Positions 25,101-39,344 of a stretch of 64,000 nt of DNA are shown one piece after another. Both the position numbers and the translations under genes were made by a program. Each line of letters begins with the position of its first letter. The stretch's first letter is position 1. Origin of the DNA: Octopus sinensis (Eukaryota); assembly GCF_006345805.1 (NCBI RefSeq), contig NC_043012.1:29512001-29576000 (forward strand), in the 5' to 3' direction. A model generated the notes under the pieces. That model worked only from the letters and a program-made list of their open reading frames with translations. It had not been told where the DNA came from and did no database searches.

Positions 25101-26339
25101 CTGTAATCAAGTGCAGTGGTGTAGTATGATGTACTTAGATACAGAAGTGTGATGTACTTGGATGTGGTGTGGATTGATGTACTCAAACGTGCTGTTGTGT
25201 ACTCATATGTGGTGTGTGTTGTACTCCGATGTAGTTTGGTGTGATGTTGTGTAACCTGCAGGTTAGTTTTCATCAAGCCACCTTAAGGCATACGGATTGT
25301 CTGGGTTTTGCCCACAGATTCATCCTGTCAATTATGCCAGGTCTCCATTTAACTGCATACAATATTGTACTTTTTGACATGAATTGAGAAATTCCTTGGG
25401 ATGCAGTTTGACAGTCTGGACACACTGTTTCTCTCAACTGTCCATTTTGTTCCTTGTATGTCTATAGGTTCTGGTGGTGACCACAGCAAGGCAGGAAAAG
25501 TGGACTTAGAGCATAACAGACGGGGTGTTCTTTTGTGCTTATCCTTGGTACTGTGCCTCCCAACAAAGTGTTTGGGAGCCAGCAAGACCTTTGATTGTTA
25601 CAGCTATTTCTGTGTGTGGGTGTGGGTGTGTGTGTGCGTGCGAACACATGCATGTGTGTGTCTCTCTCCAAGCAATGCAGAAACAATAATTGTTTTTAAA
25701 ACGTCGACATTGTGTTCTATGTATGTGTGTCTGGGTGTTTGAGGCGGTATTTTCATTTAGTGATCCATGATTATTGATGTGTCCATCACATGTCCAGATG
25801 GTCTTTAACTTTTTATATTCTTTTATCTCATTGAGTTGTTGTGGCTGTATGGTAAGAAGTTTGCTTCCCAACCGCATGGTTTCAGGTTCAATACTACTAC
25901 AAGCCCCAGGCCAACCACAGCCTTGTGAGCACATCTGGAAGATGGAAACCAAAAGAAGTTCACCATATACATGCATGTGTATATGTATGTGTGTGTGTGT
26001 TGTCTCCTCGCCTTGACATCACATGATGTTTGTTGTAAATGAGCATCACTGTCATATAGGTGGTGTCCTTCATTTCTAATCTTTCTTGAGAAACATGTCT
26101 AGTTATGGGGAAAAATTACCTTCCTTGGAGGCAAGTGAGGGTTGGCAACAGGAAGAGCATCTGGCCATAAAAATCCACCTCCAGATTCCGTTCAGTCCAT
26201 ATGAGCAAGGAGAAGTGGACACTAAAACAATGATGTTAATGTGTGAGGTGGTCAGTGGATTTGGTCTGTGTACATCCTCTTATAATGTGTTATGTTGTAT
26301 GTTATTGTTTTGTTGTAGAGAGATTGAAAACCTCAATTA

Positions 26340-26860
26340 GGTCTAGAATTGTTCCTGATGGATCCCAGGTCTTGCTTGTACACCATTGATGGTGTTTCTT
26401 TCTGTTCGCCAGAAGCAGTTCCAGTAATTACTCTTGGTCTGATGTACATTGTTTTACTTTCTTTCCAATGTCTTTTATATGAGTTGTGAATGTTGTAGCT
26501 GAGTTCTACATAACTTTGTCTTCTCTCTTCTGTATGTGTTGGGTATATTCTGAGTGCAATGGTCTGATAGTCTCTGGTGTTGCTGATAAAAAGGGAGACA
26601 GTGGATTCATTCATTAGTTGTTATATTAAGGGTAGACCACAGTTTCCAGGTGATTTCAGTGGAGGTTTTGTGGAGAATGGTGGAAAGATGTGCCTGATCT
26701 CTGCATATCAGTGTGTCTGTGTTTTCTGGAGAGGTATGGGGCTCATGTACGTGTAAGTTGAAAAGAGTAGGTGAGAGAATGGATCCCTGTGGTACTTCAT
26801 TCAGGAATATTGCATGTTCTGAAAGTGTTGTTCTTATATCCAACATAAAGTTGGCAACCT
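26340..26860 (-). mobile_element. Decayed non-LTR retrotransposon RT fragment
   Basis: EVPQGSILSPTLFNLHV matches RT motif GVPQGSxLSPxLF. Confidence 0.75.
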
Positions 26861-27124
26861 GACAGTTTGTTGGCCAGCATTTTCGGTTTGTTTCTACTGA
26901 AAGTGGTACTAAATGGGGGATGGATAGGAAATGTAGTCGAAAGCTCAGTGAGGTGGTGGTGTGATATTATATAATCAGGTTGGTTGGTCATGTGGCGTGA
27001 TGTAAAAATTAAAACAGTCAATTTCTACTTATTAAAGGCATGCCCTTACATATATAACCATTATATATATATGCATGCTTGTGTGTGTATGTGTGCGCAC
27101 ACACATACATCCATGCATACACAT

Positions 27125-27172
<48 letters not shown>

Positions 27173-29148
27173 ATATAATATATATACATACATACATACA
27201 CACACACATTGCAGCAGCCCAACAGGAAATGAATACAAAAGTGTAATTCATACAATTCATAATATTGCCTGTTTGTGTGTGTATATCTGTGTGAGTGTGT
27301 GCGTGTGTGTAATATGATACCAAAGGATATATCCAACCTGATGAAAGATATCCAATAAAATTTTTCTTATTTTCAGTTTGAACTCAATAAATTTAACATA
27401 TTTTCAAAATTTATTTATTGATCAAAATAAATATTTTTCCAAGTGTAAAAGCTAAATTAAACAAAAACACACACACACACACACACACACATAAACTGGA
27501 ATTTGAAATGAAGTTGATTTTTAATTTAAATTTCAGTTTTGGAGATTTATTTTTTTAATTTTTGATTCAAGTAAAAAGTACCCAATTTGGTACCATGTAA
27601 AAAAAATGCCCATTACACTGCAAAACATGGCTGGCATTAGGAAGGGCATCAGCTGTAGAAACCTTTCCAAAGCAGACAATTGTGGCTTGGTGCTACTCTT
27701 CGACTTGTTAGTTCCTGTCAAACCATCAAACCTATGCCAGTTTGGAAAATGGATGTTAAATGATGATGATGATTTCAGATGCCTCCTCTTCTTGTCTTCA
27801 TGCATTTTTTTTTATAGTCTATGTAAATATCTGTTTCATTAATATTAAATTCCAAACTGAAATTTAAAACAAAAAAGTAACATTCTTATCACACATTTAT
27901 TTCAATCGAAATCAGACTTCTTCAGTAATATTTCAGATTCATGATTTCAAGAATTCATAATCATAAAATTCAACACATCCCTCTGAAGAAATCTAGTTAA
28001 GCTTGAAATGTATTTGCACACGTGTATGTGTGTGTGTGTGTGTGCACCCCTTGTCACGACATTTTGCATCAGTTGTAAACGAGAATGAACATTAGGTTGT
28101 TCTCTTTCTGTCTTCCATGCAAAACATGTCCTGTATAAAGCAAGGAAGATTTTGAGTGTCTATAAATCATCATCATTATCATCTTGATCATTTAATGTGC
28201 AGATTGCATCCAGGCATGGATTGGACACTGTTTGACGAGAATCCAATGAGTCGAACGACTGCATCATGCTCCAGTGCCTGCTTTGGCACCGTTTCTATGG
28301 CTGGATGCCATTCCTAATGCCAACCACTTCCTACAGCAAGGACTGGATGCCTTTTTTGCATGGCACCATCCCTATTGAGGTCACCATGTACCTCGCAAGT
28401 CTACATAAACCCAGGGCAGGAGGGATGTTGTACCCTTGTGATAGATGTAAGGGGGGGGCGTCAAGGTATGAGGGAAGAGGTTGGGGTGGAACAGGTTCTT
28501 GCAGAGGAGCCACATGGTGGCTACTCACATTTAAGAGAGAGAGAGAGAGAGAGAGTGAGAATGAATTGATGGTGTTTCTAAAGAGATAATGGTGATTAGA
28601 TATCCAGGTGGCACCTTGGTAGGAGTGGGGGGGGGGAGAAACAGGTGAAGTGGGAGTGAGGGAGGTCAGTAGGCAACATCTGTAAAGATTGGGAAGAGTC
28701 GAGGGGAGAGGGATGCTAGCAGCAGCAGGGTAATATTTATGATGTATATGTGTGTCTGTCTTCTCTTCCCTCTCATCTTGATAATATGACACCCTCCTGC
28801 CATTCAACACTATTACTATTGACCTCTGAACTTTGCTGTAAAAAAAAAAAAGAGTCTTTCTAATGTTATTTTATATCCAGATATTTGTCTACCTATCATA
28901 TTTGCATAATAAGCTTGGGACATTTTCCTCTGTGAATGTATACATACATACGTACATACATGTGTGTGTATGTGTTTTGGTGGAACAAACTGGGGAAATA
29001 GAACTCACTACATAAGACATTATGTGTGTGTGTGTAAATTAATTGGTGAATCACTGACATAACTTTACAACTGATTAATGTGTGTGTGTGTGTGTGGAAT
29101 GGTTTAGAAGTTCCCTTCACAACCACAAAGTCCCAGGTTCAAATCCAA

Positions 29149-29731
29149 CCTCAGCAAAGAATAGCAAGTTTCAAGATGACTTATCATTTGATGCTTGTTC
29201 AGTTCGTTTGGTACCCACTTGTCTAGCTTCTTTACCATGCCGATTTGTTTCAGATGGTCCAATACAGTTAGAATCAAAACACCAAACCTTGCTGCTAACT
29301 CATGTGTAGTTTGAGATGTATCTGCTTCCACTACAGTTTTCAGCTTATCATTATCCACCTTGGTCTCTGGGCTAAAATGGGGCTGATTTCAAAGAGTAAA
29401 GTCACTAGACCAGAACTTCTCAAACCATCAACGTACAGTGTGCTCATTTACCATATCTTCATTGATGTTTCGAGGTGTTTGGGATGCATTGATTCCACAA
29501 TGGAACTCATACATAATCAACACGAATTTTTGATCTATCCCTGGGTCTACAAAAACTGTTGAACAAGAGATAACTCACAATATAATCAGACACCATGAAC
29601 TGCATTTCGAAAAGTGATGATGTAACTCTTCACTGTCGTAAAACAAAGAATTGTCAGAATAAAATATTAGAGTTAACAAATGTCAAATTTGGTAAATAAG
29701 AAAATTGGACATTTCATTCTTAATGACCTGA
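29149..29731 (-). mobile_element. Mariner transposon 5' half (decayed transposase N-terminus plus left TIR)
   Basis: VDNDKLKTVVEADTSQTTHELAARFGV..TVLDHLKQIGMVKKLDKWVPNEL (WVPHEL motif); end TA|tcaggtcatta. Confidence 0.92.
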
Positions 29732-29754
29732 TATGATGTTTTGCACAGTTGGTG

Positions 29755-30391
29755 AGGTCATGGTGGGCAATCAACCAAAAGGATCGAGAACACCAAGTTA
29801 CAATGTTGCTTGCTCACTTTCATTGTTTATAGAAGTGCTTGGAAGCAAAGTGTGTAGAGTGTGGTTGTCTGAAAAGAGAAGATCGGGTTTCAACTACACA
29901 AGATCTCCTTCATTGTGATGAAGAAGAGGAAAACTTTTTAAAAACAGTCATAAGAGGTGAAGAATCATGGATTTATGGCTATGACCCTGGAACCAAGGCT
30001 CAGTCTTTGCAGTGGAAGACCTCTACAAGATTCCAAGACATTGAGAATGCAACAAGGTAGCTGCTCGCTAGCCCCAAAAAGTAGTTTCAGGAATTCTTCC
30101 ATCAATGGAAACGACTCTGGAAAAAGTGTGTTGCTTCAGAAGTGGACGACTTCGAAGGAAGATTAAATGCTGAATTGATATGTGCTGTAGTTTTCTTTTC
30201 ATAACAACAGTTAGGAAGGGCATCCAGCCATAGAAACCATGCCAAATCAGACTGGAACTTGGTACAGCTCTCCAGCTTACCAGTTCCAATCTAGCAATCC
30301 AACTCATGCCAGCATGGAAAGCAGATGCTAAATGATGATGATAATGGTGGTGTTGATGGTGAGTCCTGATACTTTTTGATCGGTCGTCATA
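29755..30391 (+). mobile_element. Internally deleted mariner of a different family, interrupted by an RTE-tail fragment (30210-30345)
   Basis: FLKTVIRGEESWIYGYDPGTKAQSLQWK (TGDESW..YDPETK motif), C-terminal QWKRLWKKCVASEVDDFEG, right end gtcctgatactttttgatcgg. Confidence 0.85.
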
Positions 30392-31030
30392 TATTGTGTT
30401 TTAAACATGAGACTATGAAGAGATTTTTATCTCTGGCAATTCCATAGCACCATGCCTTCTAATGATCTGTATACATTTAGTATGATACATATCTTGTGAT
30501 TTTAATTGAATGCCATTTCAATTGCTTACACTGAGTTTTTTCTACAGCTTGGCAAGTTTCTACAATACTATTGAATGTTTTATCCCTTGTTTCTTGTATA
30601 TAGAGGCAAGGAATTTCATTCAAGTCGGTAACAACTGAGAGCTTGGCATTGATGAGCTGCAACAAAGTGGAAATATATCTGTTGTTTCCATAAGGCACAG
30701 CAGCAATGTTTATCTCAAACAGTTCCATAGCATCATGCCTTCTAACAGTGTGCAGACTTTTAGTATGATACATAGATGGCAATTTTAGACTTTGGCTGAT
30801 TTGGAAGTCTTCTGAAACTTCAGTTTTACAGACCTCCTGGATGTTTATAAGTGTGTGTGTGTGTGTGTGTGAATGATTCCTTTACAGAAGAGCATATTGG
30901 TAATGTTTTTATTGTTGTTGGAGCATATGGAAAACTAATTGAAAAGGAAAAAAATATACTTGAAAAAGATGTCTCCCCAACACCACCACCAACCCACCAC
31001 TACAAGCCCCGAGAAAACTTTGTATTGAGA

Positions 31031-31066
<36 letters not shown>

Positions 31067-34000
31067 TAGTCTTAAAATAGCAGAAAAAATTTCAATGAAA
31101 TCCCTAAAATGATTTTTAAAAGTTTCTGGTCCCTTCCCAAAAAGAACCCTGATAATTCCAGGCAATAATTACAGATGTACATCTCAGCAACCCACCCTAC
31201 TCACATTCTCCCCCCCCTCCTATATCAACATGCTCCTTCATTTTGTCCCCCATATTTCCAGAGCCCTAAAAGGGATTAAATAACCACTATTTCAATTCTG
31301 GGTGCATTTGTTGTTAGCTCTGGTCCTGCCAACCTATGAAATTCATCTCTCCCTCTCTCTCCCTCTCTTGTCTTTCCATAGAATGTAATTTCCTTCCTGC
31401 CTTCCCTCTCCAGAGATACACATAGATAGGACTTGAACTCCCAAATAGCAGTTTGCTTATCAAATTCTTTATCCATTTCAATATTTCATATCCAGTGGAT
31501 AGAAACACTTTAGCATGTAGTCCCTCGTCCACCCCAACTCCCGTGTACATACAGACATTAAATGAAACAAAATATTACAAAGAAGGTAATATATGATATT
31601 GATGATGATTATATATATATCATTGTCATCATCATTATCATCATTTTAACATTTATATCCCATGTTAGCAAGGTTTGGACAGTTTGGCAGGATCTGGTGA
31701 TCCTCAGGTCTGCCTTGAGCTTCACCATGTTCTCTACAGCCGATGCCTCTCCTAATGCCAAATGTGTACTGGGTGCCTTTTTTTGGTGCTGCCAGCACCA
31801 TTGAAGTTTGACATGTAATTTGAAAGGCAAGAAAAGAACTGGGGGGAAGCCCACATGACTACATAATGGTGGGGAGTATTTGAGAGGATGGATAAGTGGT
31901 TTTATGAAAGGCTTATGTATGACAGAGGGACAAGCAGGTGTCTTTGTAATAGCAGATACAATACTTCCTCACATTATATAAGGGAGTAGCTGGGATGATG
32001 ATAAAGATGGTAGCGATGAGATGCTGGAAAAAACAAATAAGGTACAAGAAAGTGAGCATAAGAGATACACACGGTAATCCCTTTGGTAAACTGAATTATT
32101 TCTTCATTACTGCAGATGTCAGCCAACCATGTACAGACAAATGAGGTCAACCTTACAAAACCTTCAAGTATGAGGAAATTATTCAGTTTGCTAGGACAGA
32201 ATTATAACATGCTACAGTTTTTTTTTAATTCAGGTGTGTATAGAGCACATTGCATTCTCTTGAAGGAAAACACAACTTCCATTTAATATTGTTTTTGCAT
32301 GTATGTAGCCAGCTTGGTTTGACTGTGTTTTTTTTTCATATAAAACTTCAAACTGTGCATACATACTCCCAGTAAGTCTCATAGAGTGGAGTATATATAC
32401 ACCAAAATTTTGTGCAAGTATCTTGGAATTTGGACATAGCAATCAGTAGCAGATTTCTGTCATAGTTGACATAAAACAAAATGACTGCATGTCACATGAT
32501 GCATAGTAATCTCCGTTGCCCTAAAATGAGAGGGTTTGCAAGTTGATATTCTGCTTATTACTCAAGTGGAGTGGCTTATGATGTAGTATTTCTCAGTCAA
32601 ACATAAATTGCACTGCTTGAAAATATATAAAGTAGCTCTGTTCCAAGATACATCAAGTAATGTCATGACTACAAGTGAAAGAAAAAATGGCATTACTGTG
32701 TTTTAAAGGTTTAACAGAAAACTCATTTAAACACCAACTATTCCAGTCCTCCAAGTTCTTTCCAACAAAGACAATATTACTTCACTCTTGAAGCAGATGT
32801 AGCAAAGAAGGATTAGACATCTACACAGCTGCTTAATGTGTTAGAAATAGCAGCCAATCTACCTGAAATCACATCTTACTGTCTGACAACAGGAAGGACC
32901 TAGAAATGCTGAAAATGGGAGAGTCAAGGCTGGCCTTTTATCCTAGGCCTACTGGATTAAGATTGACCTGGGGTTAAACAAAAAGACACCACAGAGGTGG
33001 CTACTTTTGATGTTGTCCAAGATAAATCTAAAATAGACTGGATGGTCACAGTTGGGATGGCTTTGGTCATAGGCCTGCTTAAGTTTAACCTGGAGTTAAA
33101 TCACAATAGTAGTTACGTTAGTATCACCAACAGCAATAACTACAAGTGTAATGAGGAGCCAATGAGGGAGGGAGGCAGCATTATGTGGTTGCTTGACCTG
33201 CTAGAAACAACTGCCACATTGCCTTCAAGCCATAACTTATATTCTCGAAGAAGGGCAGGACATACTGGGTTATTGGATAGTCAGAGAAACATTGTGTGAA
33301 ATTAAGTTGGGTTGGTCATGGCTGGAACATTAGCTGACCTATGGTTAATCACAACAACAAGAATGCCAGCCCCACCCCAGCCCTTGTTGGAAGTAGAAGG
33401 AAGAGGAGGAGTTAGGTGAGAGATCTGGGTTAACTGTGAGGGGAGGGGAGGGGTGTCGAAACTGTTATCTATCCCAGCATTCTTGGTATCACATTTCTTC
33501 ATGCTCTTCCGATGGGGAGAAGTAAGAGAGAGAAATATGGGAGAGGAAGTCTTTCTTTTTTATCTTCTTTTTTTTCTCTTTTTTTAAAAAAAATTTATTT
33601 TCACACATTTCCACCACTCCCACCCACCCACTCCAATTACTTCTGTCTCTGTGTATATATATATCAATCTATCTTTCTCTCTTTCCCAAATCACTCCATG
33701 TAATTCTATCTGTTTCTCTCTCTCTCTCTCACACACACACACATAATATATGTGTTTGTATATATATATATATGTATATATATGTTACATACATCTGCCA
33801 GTCTCTCTTTTACAATCCCCCTCTCTCTCTTTCTCTGTACACACACACACACATATAATACATCTGTGACCATATCTCTCATCTTCTCTCCTGGAATGTA
33901 CCAATTCTATTGAATTACGCACACATGCACACATGCACCCACACACGTACACAGAGACTCATACATGCACACACATTGTGATTCATTTTGATTTTTTTTT

Positions 34001-36189
34001 TTTTAGAGGGTGGGGGTTATCTGCAATTCAGTTTCAGAACAAAGAGAAGCAATTTTGGACCAAATTCTTGATGGAATTTAAGAATTCCATCAAGTATTTT
34101 GCGTTGGTGGTGTTACTGTGTCATTGTGGAGCAACACAGGTCAACCTTCACCCAATAGAGCCTGTGTACTGAAGCGGTTGAGTAGTGGCCATCCTGTGGA
34201 GTGGACTGTCTCATCATTGTTTAGTCACCAGATCAACTCTTATTCAAAGACATTCCAGCCATGACAACTCTGTGAGGCTTTTGTGGTTGTGGTGACCATT
34301 GGTGCATAGCTCCAGGTCAGACCTGACTCATTAGAGCTGTCATACAAAGGTGCTCCAGTTATCCAAATGTTTGTTATCCACAGCCCCCCCCCCCCAGTGT
34401 GCTTCATGTCTGCTTCATGTGTATCACATGTCCAGTACCTCCATTGTGCTACATATCTAGTACCTTTCACTTATTTAAACTTATTTCCTGCTAATGAAGA
34501 TTTCTCTGCTACTAAGGAGACAGACTTGGATCATTGAGTTGACAATAAACACACTCACAGTCACACACACACACACACACACACATACTCATACACACAG
34601 ATACAATCACTGATGTATGCACACAGACAAACATACAAACACTCCCAATTACATACATATGTGTTCCCCAGACACATGTTGACACATTTCACATACACAC
34701 ACACACTCATACAAATATACACACACCCATGCACATACACACCAGCACGTGCATACATACACCTGCAGATATCCATACACACACTGACTTCCCTGCGTGC
34801 ACTCAATCACATTTACATACGTTCATCCCTTCCTTTCCCCTCCACCCACCTCTCCATCTTCTATTGACTAAATCTTACCAACACATTATTCCAATGTTTA
34901 AAGAATCCAACCAACAGTCAGCACCATTTCTAAATCTCACATCAATATTTAGATTTCAAAGCGCCATTTTTTTCTGTTCTTTCACCAAAACTCCAGCAGA
35001 CAAAAGAAATTCTAACTTTTACCATTTATTCTAAATTCTATTTATTTACTTATTTACTGCTGTACAACATTTGTTCCATCCATTTTGATGTAGATGGAGT
35101 AGTTATTTGTCTTGAAGACTACTACTACTACTACTTCTTCTTCTTCTCGTTGTTGTTTTTACCTAGGAGTATATTATTTGATGTGTCTGTTCTTGTTAGC
35201 TTTAATTTGGAAGACCTATGACCAAATGCATTCCAACCATGCCCATCTCATTTAGGATTACATTATTTGACATGTCCTTTCCAGTCTTGGTCCTGCAGAT
35301 TTGTAATGAAATCTTTGCGGACAGTGACCAACCATCTTTTTTTTTCCTGTCATAGTGTATCTAGAGCTACACTAGCAAATGTGTCCTATACTTTTTAAAA
35401 TAAATTTACTGTAATTTGAGAGAGATTTGGCTGCCATATCTTAGAAGATTAACAAGATTAGTCCATAGAGGGTCTCTCATTATTTCATGTGTTGGAGTCA
35501 TTGTTTTTGCTGCTAGATGTCGCTTCAGCATTTCTTATCACTTAACACTGAAGTAGGGAGTGGAACCTGTTGGTCAGCCAGGCAGACTAGAGTGAAAGAG
35601 TTTTGTGCCTTTGTCAAATATTGGTGGTCATTGTGGTGGGAGGGTCTTTCACTTTTAACCTCCTTCCTTTCTACTTCATTTGTTGAATGTTTGGCAGGAC
35701 ATATGGTGAAATGGCTACTGCCACACACCCACACACCCCCACACTATACCCTTCTCTCTTCATTTTCTTCCATTTATTGACCACATAACTAACTGATCAC
35801 CCGTCCAGGCATTCAAACCCATACTTGCTTTACTAAGCTGTGTCCTCTCCTTTTATCAGTCCTGTATATAGTTGCAGGCATGGCTTTGTGGTAAAAGGCT
35901 TGCTTACCAACCACACTATTCCAGGTTCAGTCCCACTGCATGACATCTTCAGCAAATATCTATTGCTATGTCTCCAGGTTGACCAAAACCTTCAAGTGGA
36001 TTTGGTAGATGGAAACTGAAAGAAGCCCATTCATTTGTCATCATCATCATCATCATCACCGGCATGGGCTGGACAGTTCAGCAAGGAGCTGGCTAGTAGG
36101 AGCTGTCCAGACCCCAATTCTCTGTTCTGGCAGGGTTTCGTTGGTTGGATGCCCATCCTAACACCAGCCACCCAACAAAGTGTGCTAGG

Positions 36190-36450
36190 TTAAACAACCC
36201 TTATTCAGGGACCTTTTGAGCGGGATGAGTTACTCGACCAGAAGAAAATTCTAACTGGGCCCCACCTGCAAGGTCACGTGCTGTTTATCTTGATATGAGA
36301 TCACCATGTTGCGCACATATGGTTGTGATGTATGTGCCTAGTGTACCTTTATCAGATGGGTAGTCATGATGGGTATACTGGGCTTCATATATTTTACCCC
36401 AGTGTCACTTTGATGGCATGCACTGCTCTCTCACTCAATAATAATAATAA
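36190..36450 (+). mobile_element. (TAA)n-tailed retroposon 3' fragment (probably Dong-related)
   Basis: Inverted near-copy of 39345-39592; ends ctctctcactcaataataataa. Confidence 0.75.
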
Positions 36451-37070
36451 TAATAACAACAACAATAATAACAACAATAATCTTTTCTATTATTGGCACA
36501 AGGCCTGAAATGTTGGGTGAAGGTTGTGGTGGGAGCTCGTCGATTACATCGACCCCAGTGCATAACTGGTATTTATTTCATTGACCCTGAAAAGATGAAA
36601 GGCAAAGTCAACCGTGACGGAATTTGAACTCCCAGCTTAATGAAGGACAAAATGCTGCTAGGCACATTGTCCAGTCTGGTAACAGTTCTGGCAGTTTGCC
36701 AACTTATGTAATAATAATAATAATAGTTATGGCTCTTGTGCCCCATGTTAACAATCATTGTCTGTTGTCTCCTTGTGCCACCAGGTAAACAAGCAGCTTC
36801 TAGAGACTTCCTTGACAACTGGTCATCAAGGTGATGTATTGTTGAGTAAGTCTCAGCAGTGATGCACACAGGAGGACCACCTCATAACTGTTTCATGTCA
36901 TCAGCTTGCTGCCAGCCATAGGTTCAGAATAGGGGGTGCAGAAGATGGAAGTGCACCAACTGAATTTGGAGATATGGGGGGGGGGGCAATGCAAATGCTT
37001 TGAACAGCCTCCTGAAAAAACTTCATTGCCAAAACACATACAAATATAATAATAACGATGATGATGATTA

Positions 37071-37320
37071 GGTGAAGATAGTTCCAATTAATGTTGGTTC
37101 CATGGGAACAGTATTACAAGGCATGAAGAGGTATATAAAGGAAATCGGAATAGAGTGCCCAGTAGAACTGTTACAAAACGTTTACTTCCTTGGCACAACC
37201 AGAATAATCAGGAAAGTATTAGAGAGCTGAAAAGAATGGATAGCATGGTACCGTAGGCTGCAGATGCAAGACTCCAGGAATCACAACAAAACCTGAGATA
37301 AAAAGAAATAATAATAATTA
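37071..37320 (+). mobile_element. Dong/R4-type LINE extreme 3' end
   Basis: VKIVPINVGSMGTV..YIKEIGIECPVELLQNVYFLGTTRIIRKVLES*, short UTR, (TAA)n tail. Confidence 0.8.
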
Positions 37321-37700
37321 TTTCAGTGGTTGTTTTGATATTAAGATTGAAAAAATTGATCTTGTTTGTAAGAAATTTTGGACTTGGGTTTGCACCTCCA
37401 AAACAGATTTTGTTCCTGCACTTATGTTGCTCATATAGTCTCTTGTGGTGATATTTACTTGAGATAGGAGTAAAGTTCAGTTGTGACTATGAAAATGGCT
37501 GGTAGCAAAGGTGCCGAAAGTCTTTTGTTTCTGTTTACGCATAGAGATTAGCAGTTTGGGAGGATTACCAGTATTTGGAAATGATTTATCTAGAAGTTGT
37601 TGTTATATTAGCTTAAAATATGTTCTAGCTATGACCATCTCATCGTTTTATTGTTCACATAATGTATCTAAGACTACACCATCCAATATGCTTTTTATTA

Positions 37701-38264
37701 CGAGGATGAGTCAGAAAGTAATGCCATTTTGTTTAGGACAGGTAGAATTACCAACACAGGAACATGTATCATACATCAAAAATGAAGCTGGTCCTCTGTG
37801 GATCACATCCCTACTTCTCAACTTAGTCACTGTTTCTCTCAATAGCAATGTTCCACCTTCGAATGAGAGCATGTATCTCTGCCCCGTAAAATTCTTTGAC
37901 TGTTCTTTGAGCCACTTCTTCACTACAGTTTTCACTTCCTCATCATCAGATTTAGCGCCTTCAGACTATCATCTCTTCGGCCCCATGAAAGAGGGTTTGA
38001 GAGTCAAACATTATTTTAGTGATGAGGAAGTGAAAACTGTAGTGAAGAAGTGGCTCAAAGAACAGTCAACAGAATTTTATGGGACAAGGATACATGCTCT
38101 CATTCAAAGGTGGAACATGGCTATTGAGAGAAATGGTGCCTATGTTGAGAAGTAGGGATGTGATCTACAGAGGACCAGCTTCATTTTGATGTATGATACA
38201 TGTTCCTGTGTTAGTAATTATAGCTGTCCTAAACAAAATGGCATTGCTTTTTGACTCACCTTCG
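37701..38264. mobile_element. Fold-back non-autonomous mariner built from two inverted 3' ends
   Basis: TA on both sides; arms 37701-37945 and 38020-38264 are inverted copies; centre and right arm encode SDLAPSDYHLFGPMKEGLR..FSDEEVKTVVKKWL..RWNMAIERNGAYVEK (YSPDLAPSD region). Confidence 0.95.
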
Positions 38265-39344
38265 TATTTAAGTCTGCAAGGGTGGTTGGATTGGCAGAAT
38301 TGCTGGGATGTTAAAAAATATGCCAAGTGCAATTTAATTCAGCTGTCTATGGTCTGAGTTCAAATTGTACCAAGGTTGCCTTTATCCTTCAGGGGTTGAT
38401 AAAATACTGTACCAGTCAAATACTAGGGCTGATGGTATTCACCTGCTTTCCCCTCAAAACTTTTAGCATTCTGCCTCAATTACAGATGGTCATTTAAGAC
38501 TGAAGAATCCTGAATCTCAAACTTTGCAACTTGGTGACACAGTGGAAACCAAGCAATAAACTAACTACTTCTTGCATTCTTCACATGGAAGGTAAAAAAA
38601 AAGAAGAGAAAAAAACTATTGGTACTTTTCATGAGTGGTAAAAAAACAAATAGTTCTCTTATATCTGGAAATTATAAATATACTGGCACTGTTTGTATGG
38701 AAGACAAAAAGTTATTGGCACTCTTTCTTTGGGAGGCAAAAAAAACAAAACATATGAGAGGTTAAAAAAAAAAAACTAATGCCACTCTTCAAATGGGAGG
38801 TAAGAAAGTATGAGCAGTGTTCAATGGAAGGTTGAACAAAACATGTTTTAAAAGATATTTATTAAAAAAATAGAGAAGATTATAATTTGTTTTAATAAAT
38901 TATATTTGTAGATAAATTTATGAAGAACAAGTTTACACAGATACTTGAGGATTAGAATGGATTATATAAAGCCTTTAAATTATAATATTAAGAATCTATG
39001 ATGCACCTGTATACTATTTGCAATACTGCAGTGCACTGTCTGAGGTAAAGTAAGATTGAAAGATTTAGCTTCTATTTCTAACAAATTAAACAACACATGG
39101 AGGTTTCAGGATACTGGGTCTCAAAGAGTGTCACCATTATGCCACAATCAGTAGAATGTGATAAACACACACTCTGCAGTGTTCAAGTTAAGTCACTTTC
39201 TATTCCAGGTTCAACTTCTGGGGTCAATGAAAGACAGAATGAACCAAAAGGGATTTCAGCGATGAAACCTTTCTCACAAATTCCTTCTTATTTTTCTATA
39301 AAAGAGATTATTAATTTAAAAAATTAAAAAATTATTATTATTAT

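Noticed and set aside
25300-25585. CR1-like LINE remnant (LLWSP..DI); similar weak LINE-like peptides at 58304-58582 and 59092-59412
   Set aside because: Only isolated motif resemblance; cannot be confirmed without a search.
27338-27350. CTGATGA hammerhead box (similar partial matches near 11648 and 42928)
   Set aside because: No properly placed stem II plus GAAA, or the core itself is broken; expected by chance.
37511-38155. 214-aa ORF as a domesticated SETMAR-like gene
   Set aside because: Chance read-through of flank and the inverted arm; only the last ~70 aa are transposase.
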